Assembly: GCF_006345805.1 (NCBI RefSeq)
Contig: NW_021828195.1
Coordinates: 1 to 8,757 of the forward strand
Length of the DNA stretch: 8,757 nt
Direction of reading: 5' to 3'
Source of the DNA: Octopus sinensis
Lineage: Eukaryota
Shown here piece by piece: positions 6,646 through 8,757 of the stretch. A program made the position numbers and the translations under genes. Every line of letters begins with the position of its first letter. Position 1 is the stretch's first letter. The notes beneath the pieces are model-generated. The model ran no database searches and was not told the origin of the DNA. It saw nothing but the letters and a program-made list of their open reading frames with translations.

Positions 6646-8575
6646 ATTGAAAAATGTCTGCAACTCTCCCATGAAAAAGAAAGAGCAGACAAAGAAGCCT
6701 GGGCTATAGACAACATAAAATCTAACCCCAGAGCTTTCTACAGGTATGCCAAAGAAACAGCTACGGTGCACTGTAGGATAGGGCCACTCCTTGAAAAGGA
6801 CGGCACACTCACAGGAAATTCAATGAGGGTAAGTGAAATACTAAATGAGCAATTCAAGAGTATTTTCACTCCACCCCTAGGGCATTTTCAAGTCAGCAAT
6901 CCAACTGACTTCTTTACCACTGCAGATTAAAAATCTGAGCAGCGATGATTGATTACATCAATATAAAGGAAGACGATGTAATAAGGCTATTGATGAAATG
7001 AAAACAAACTCAGCTACTGGCCCCGATGGATTCCCGGCAATCCTTCTAAAAGTATGTAAGAGAGTCCTAGCAAGACCACTGCAGTTCCTCTTTCAGAGCT
7101 TCCTGCAACTGGCAAACTTCCAAAAACCTGAAGGAAGGTAAAATATGCCCTATTCATAAAGGAGGTAGCAGAGCGAGGCCAAGAACTACAGACCTATCTC
7201 TCTGACCTCACACATCAGCAAGGTAATGGAACGAATAGTCAGAAGGAAACTAATCACCTTCCTTGAAGAAAATGACTTGCTGCCCGACACCCAGCATGAT
7301 TTCCGGCCTCGGAAGAAGCTGCTTAACTCAGCTCCTACAACACTATGACTGCGTGCTGAAACGACTGCTCAACCACTCAAATGTGGAAGTCATATATCTC
7401 GACTTTGCAAAGGCCTTTGATAAAGTCGATCGTGGAATGATATGTCACAAACTGCGTGATCTTGGCATAGTTGGAAAATTGGGAGAATGGCTTCATGACT
7501 TTCTGAAGGATAGAAGTCAGGTGGTAGTAGCCATTAACATGCAAATAGTGAGTCGTGTTCCGCAAGGCACTGTTTTGGGACCACTACTGTTCATAATGGC
7601 CCTCTCAGACATGCCCTCAGCCACGCAGAGAGCCACGATCACAAGTTATGCAGATGATTCAAAAGTTTCACAGGCAATACAGAACCCTGAAGACACTAAG
7701 CACCTGCAATGTGAGCTGGACAAAATATACAAATGGGCTGAAAAGAATAGCATGCAGTTCAATGCTGAAAAGTTTCAAGCTTTATGCTATCAGCATGCAA
7801 ACCTAAATGCAATACCCAATAAATATACACTGGACCTGGAGGGATTGCAATCCCAGAGGCACAATTAGTGCGAGACCTGGGTATTTACATGAGTGATGAT
7901 GCAACCTTTCATGTGCATGTTGCTAAATTGGCAATGAAATGTAGGCGGCTGACCGGATGGATTCTTAGAACCTTTAGAACAAGAGACCAGGAAACCATGA
8001 TGGTTCTCTGGAGGACACTTGTCCTAAGCCACTTGTCCTAAGCCACTTTGACTATTGCTCTCAGCTATGGTCACCATCCAGTGTCAAGTTAATCACAGAA
8101 CTTGAGGCGATCCAACGAAGCTACACGAAGAAGATAGCCTCCTGTGCAGCATATAAGCTATTGGGAAAGACTCAAGATATTGACACTCTATTCCTTAGAG
8201 CGTAGGTGAGAAAGATATGCCATAATATACATCTGGAAGATCCTAGAAGGACTTGTCCCAAACTTTGGCATCGAGAGTTACACAAATGCCAGAACTGGGC
8301 TCCACTGCATAGTGCCAAGGACTCCAAATTTGCCATCAAGAAGTAGGACAAGATACTATGATAGCCTGGGATTCCGAGGCCCACACCTTTTCAATATCCT
8401 CCCGAAGAACCTAAGAGACCTGCATGGGGTGGATGCAGATGTCTTTAAAATAAAACTGGATCTCTTCTTGTCAGGTGTCCCAGATGAACCAACTTCACAG
8501 CAGGAGGTGCACATGAGGGCATCTGCATCGAACTCTCTCATGCACCAAATTGCAATTGCTAAAAAGCATTCGTGA
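6646..8575 (+). pseudogene. Disrupted LINE ORF2 reverse transcriptase
   Basis: Motifs: KSNPRAFYRYAK, SATGPDGFPA, KNYRPISLTSHISKVMERIV, GRSCLTQLL, IYLDFAKAFDKV, VPQGTVLGPLLF, YADD (7647-7658), FNAEKFQ, VRDLGI, DYCSQLWSP, LYSLERR*ERY, WKILEGLVPN. Lesions include a TAA at 6928-6930, several frameshifts between about 6940 and 7320 and near 7830, an apparent short deletion before VPQG, a 14-bp duplication at 8016-8043 and CGT-AGG-TGA in place of RRR. ORF-track entries 7263-7868 and 8312-8575 are pieces of it. Confidence 0.92.
8016..8043. repeat. Exact 14-bp tandem duplication inside the LINE ORF2, causing a frameshift
   Basis: CACTTGTCCTAAGC x2 (8016-8029, 8030-8043) followed by CACTT. Confidence 0.97.
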
Positions 8576-8695
8576 AGTAAAATCATGTAGCAACACCAAA
8601 TGGCGGAGCCCCAGCATGGCCACAGCTTGTGAGCTGAAACTAGATAAAAATAAAAATAAAATAAAATAAAAAATAAATATGTTCGCGTACATATA

Positions 8696-8757
8696 TATGT
8701 ATGTATGTATGTATGTATGTTATGTATGTATGTATGTATGTATGTATGTATGTATGT
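8696..8757. repeat. (TATG)n microsatellite running off the window end
   Basis: Read directly; one extra T near 8720. Confidence 0.97.

Larger units (their letters stand above)
6646..8678 (+). mobile_element. 5'-truncated CR1-group (CR1/L2-like) LINE with RT region, 3'UTR and A-rich tail
   Basis: ORF2 similarity begins abruptly at IEKCLQ (about 6646) and ends at TGA 8573-8575. A short 3'UTR with the hairpin CAGCT-TGTG-AGCTG (8623-8636) is followed by an (ATAAA/ATAAAA)n tail (8644-8678). No endonuclease domain or ORF1 is present and no clear target-site duplication is seen. Confidence 0.92.

Noticed and set aside
6630-8690. Target-site duplication around the CR1-group insertion
   Set aside because: Only short AT-rich matches (AATAT) flank the element, which is not distinguishable from chance.
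7377-8692. Minus-strand ORFs 7377-7565, 8172-8384, 8356-8586 and 8495-8692
   Set aside because: They are antisense shadows of the CR1-group ORF2 and tail.

Overview
AT-rich eukaryotic (metazoan) genomic DNA, intergenic or intronic, made mostly of microsatellites and decayed transposons. The density and mix of (ATT)n, (TA)n, (CA)n and (TATG)n tracts and the repeat families resemble a coleoid cephalopod such as Octopus; this is pattern recognition and is unverified. No intact protein-coding gene, RNA gene or CRISPR array is supported. From left to right: a decayed R4/Dong-clade reverse-transcriptase fragment (1-308, minus); a ~555-bp non-coding element sitting between two (ATT)n tracts (686-1240); a double-sided Helitron-type terminal hairpin (2028-2068); a 5'UTR+ORF1-only LINE fragment (~2200-3110, minus); a Helitron-type 3' end (3877-3903); long TA/CA/TG tracts; a GC-rich RTE-like 5' leader with a perfect H-type pseudoknot (5965-6320); and a 5'-truncated, multiply frameshifted CR1-group LINE with its 3'UTR and tail (6646-8678). 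I found no convincing new multi-gene system. The best leads are the microsatellite-embedded non-coding element, the pseudoknot and the double-sided Helitron terminus.
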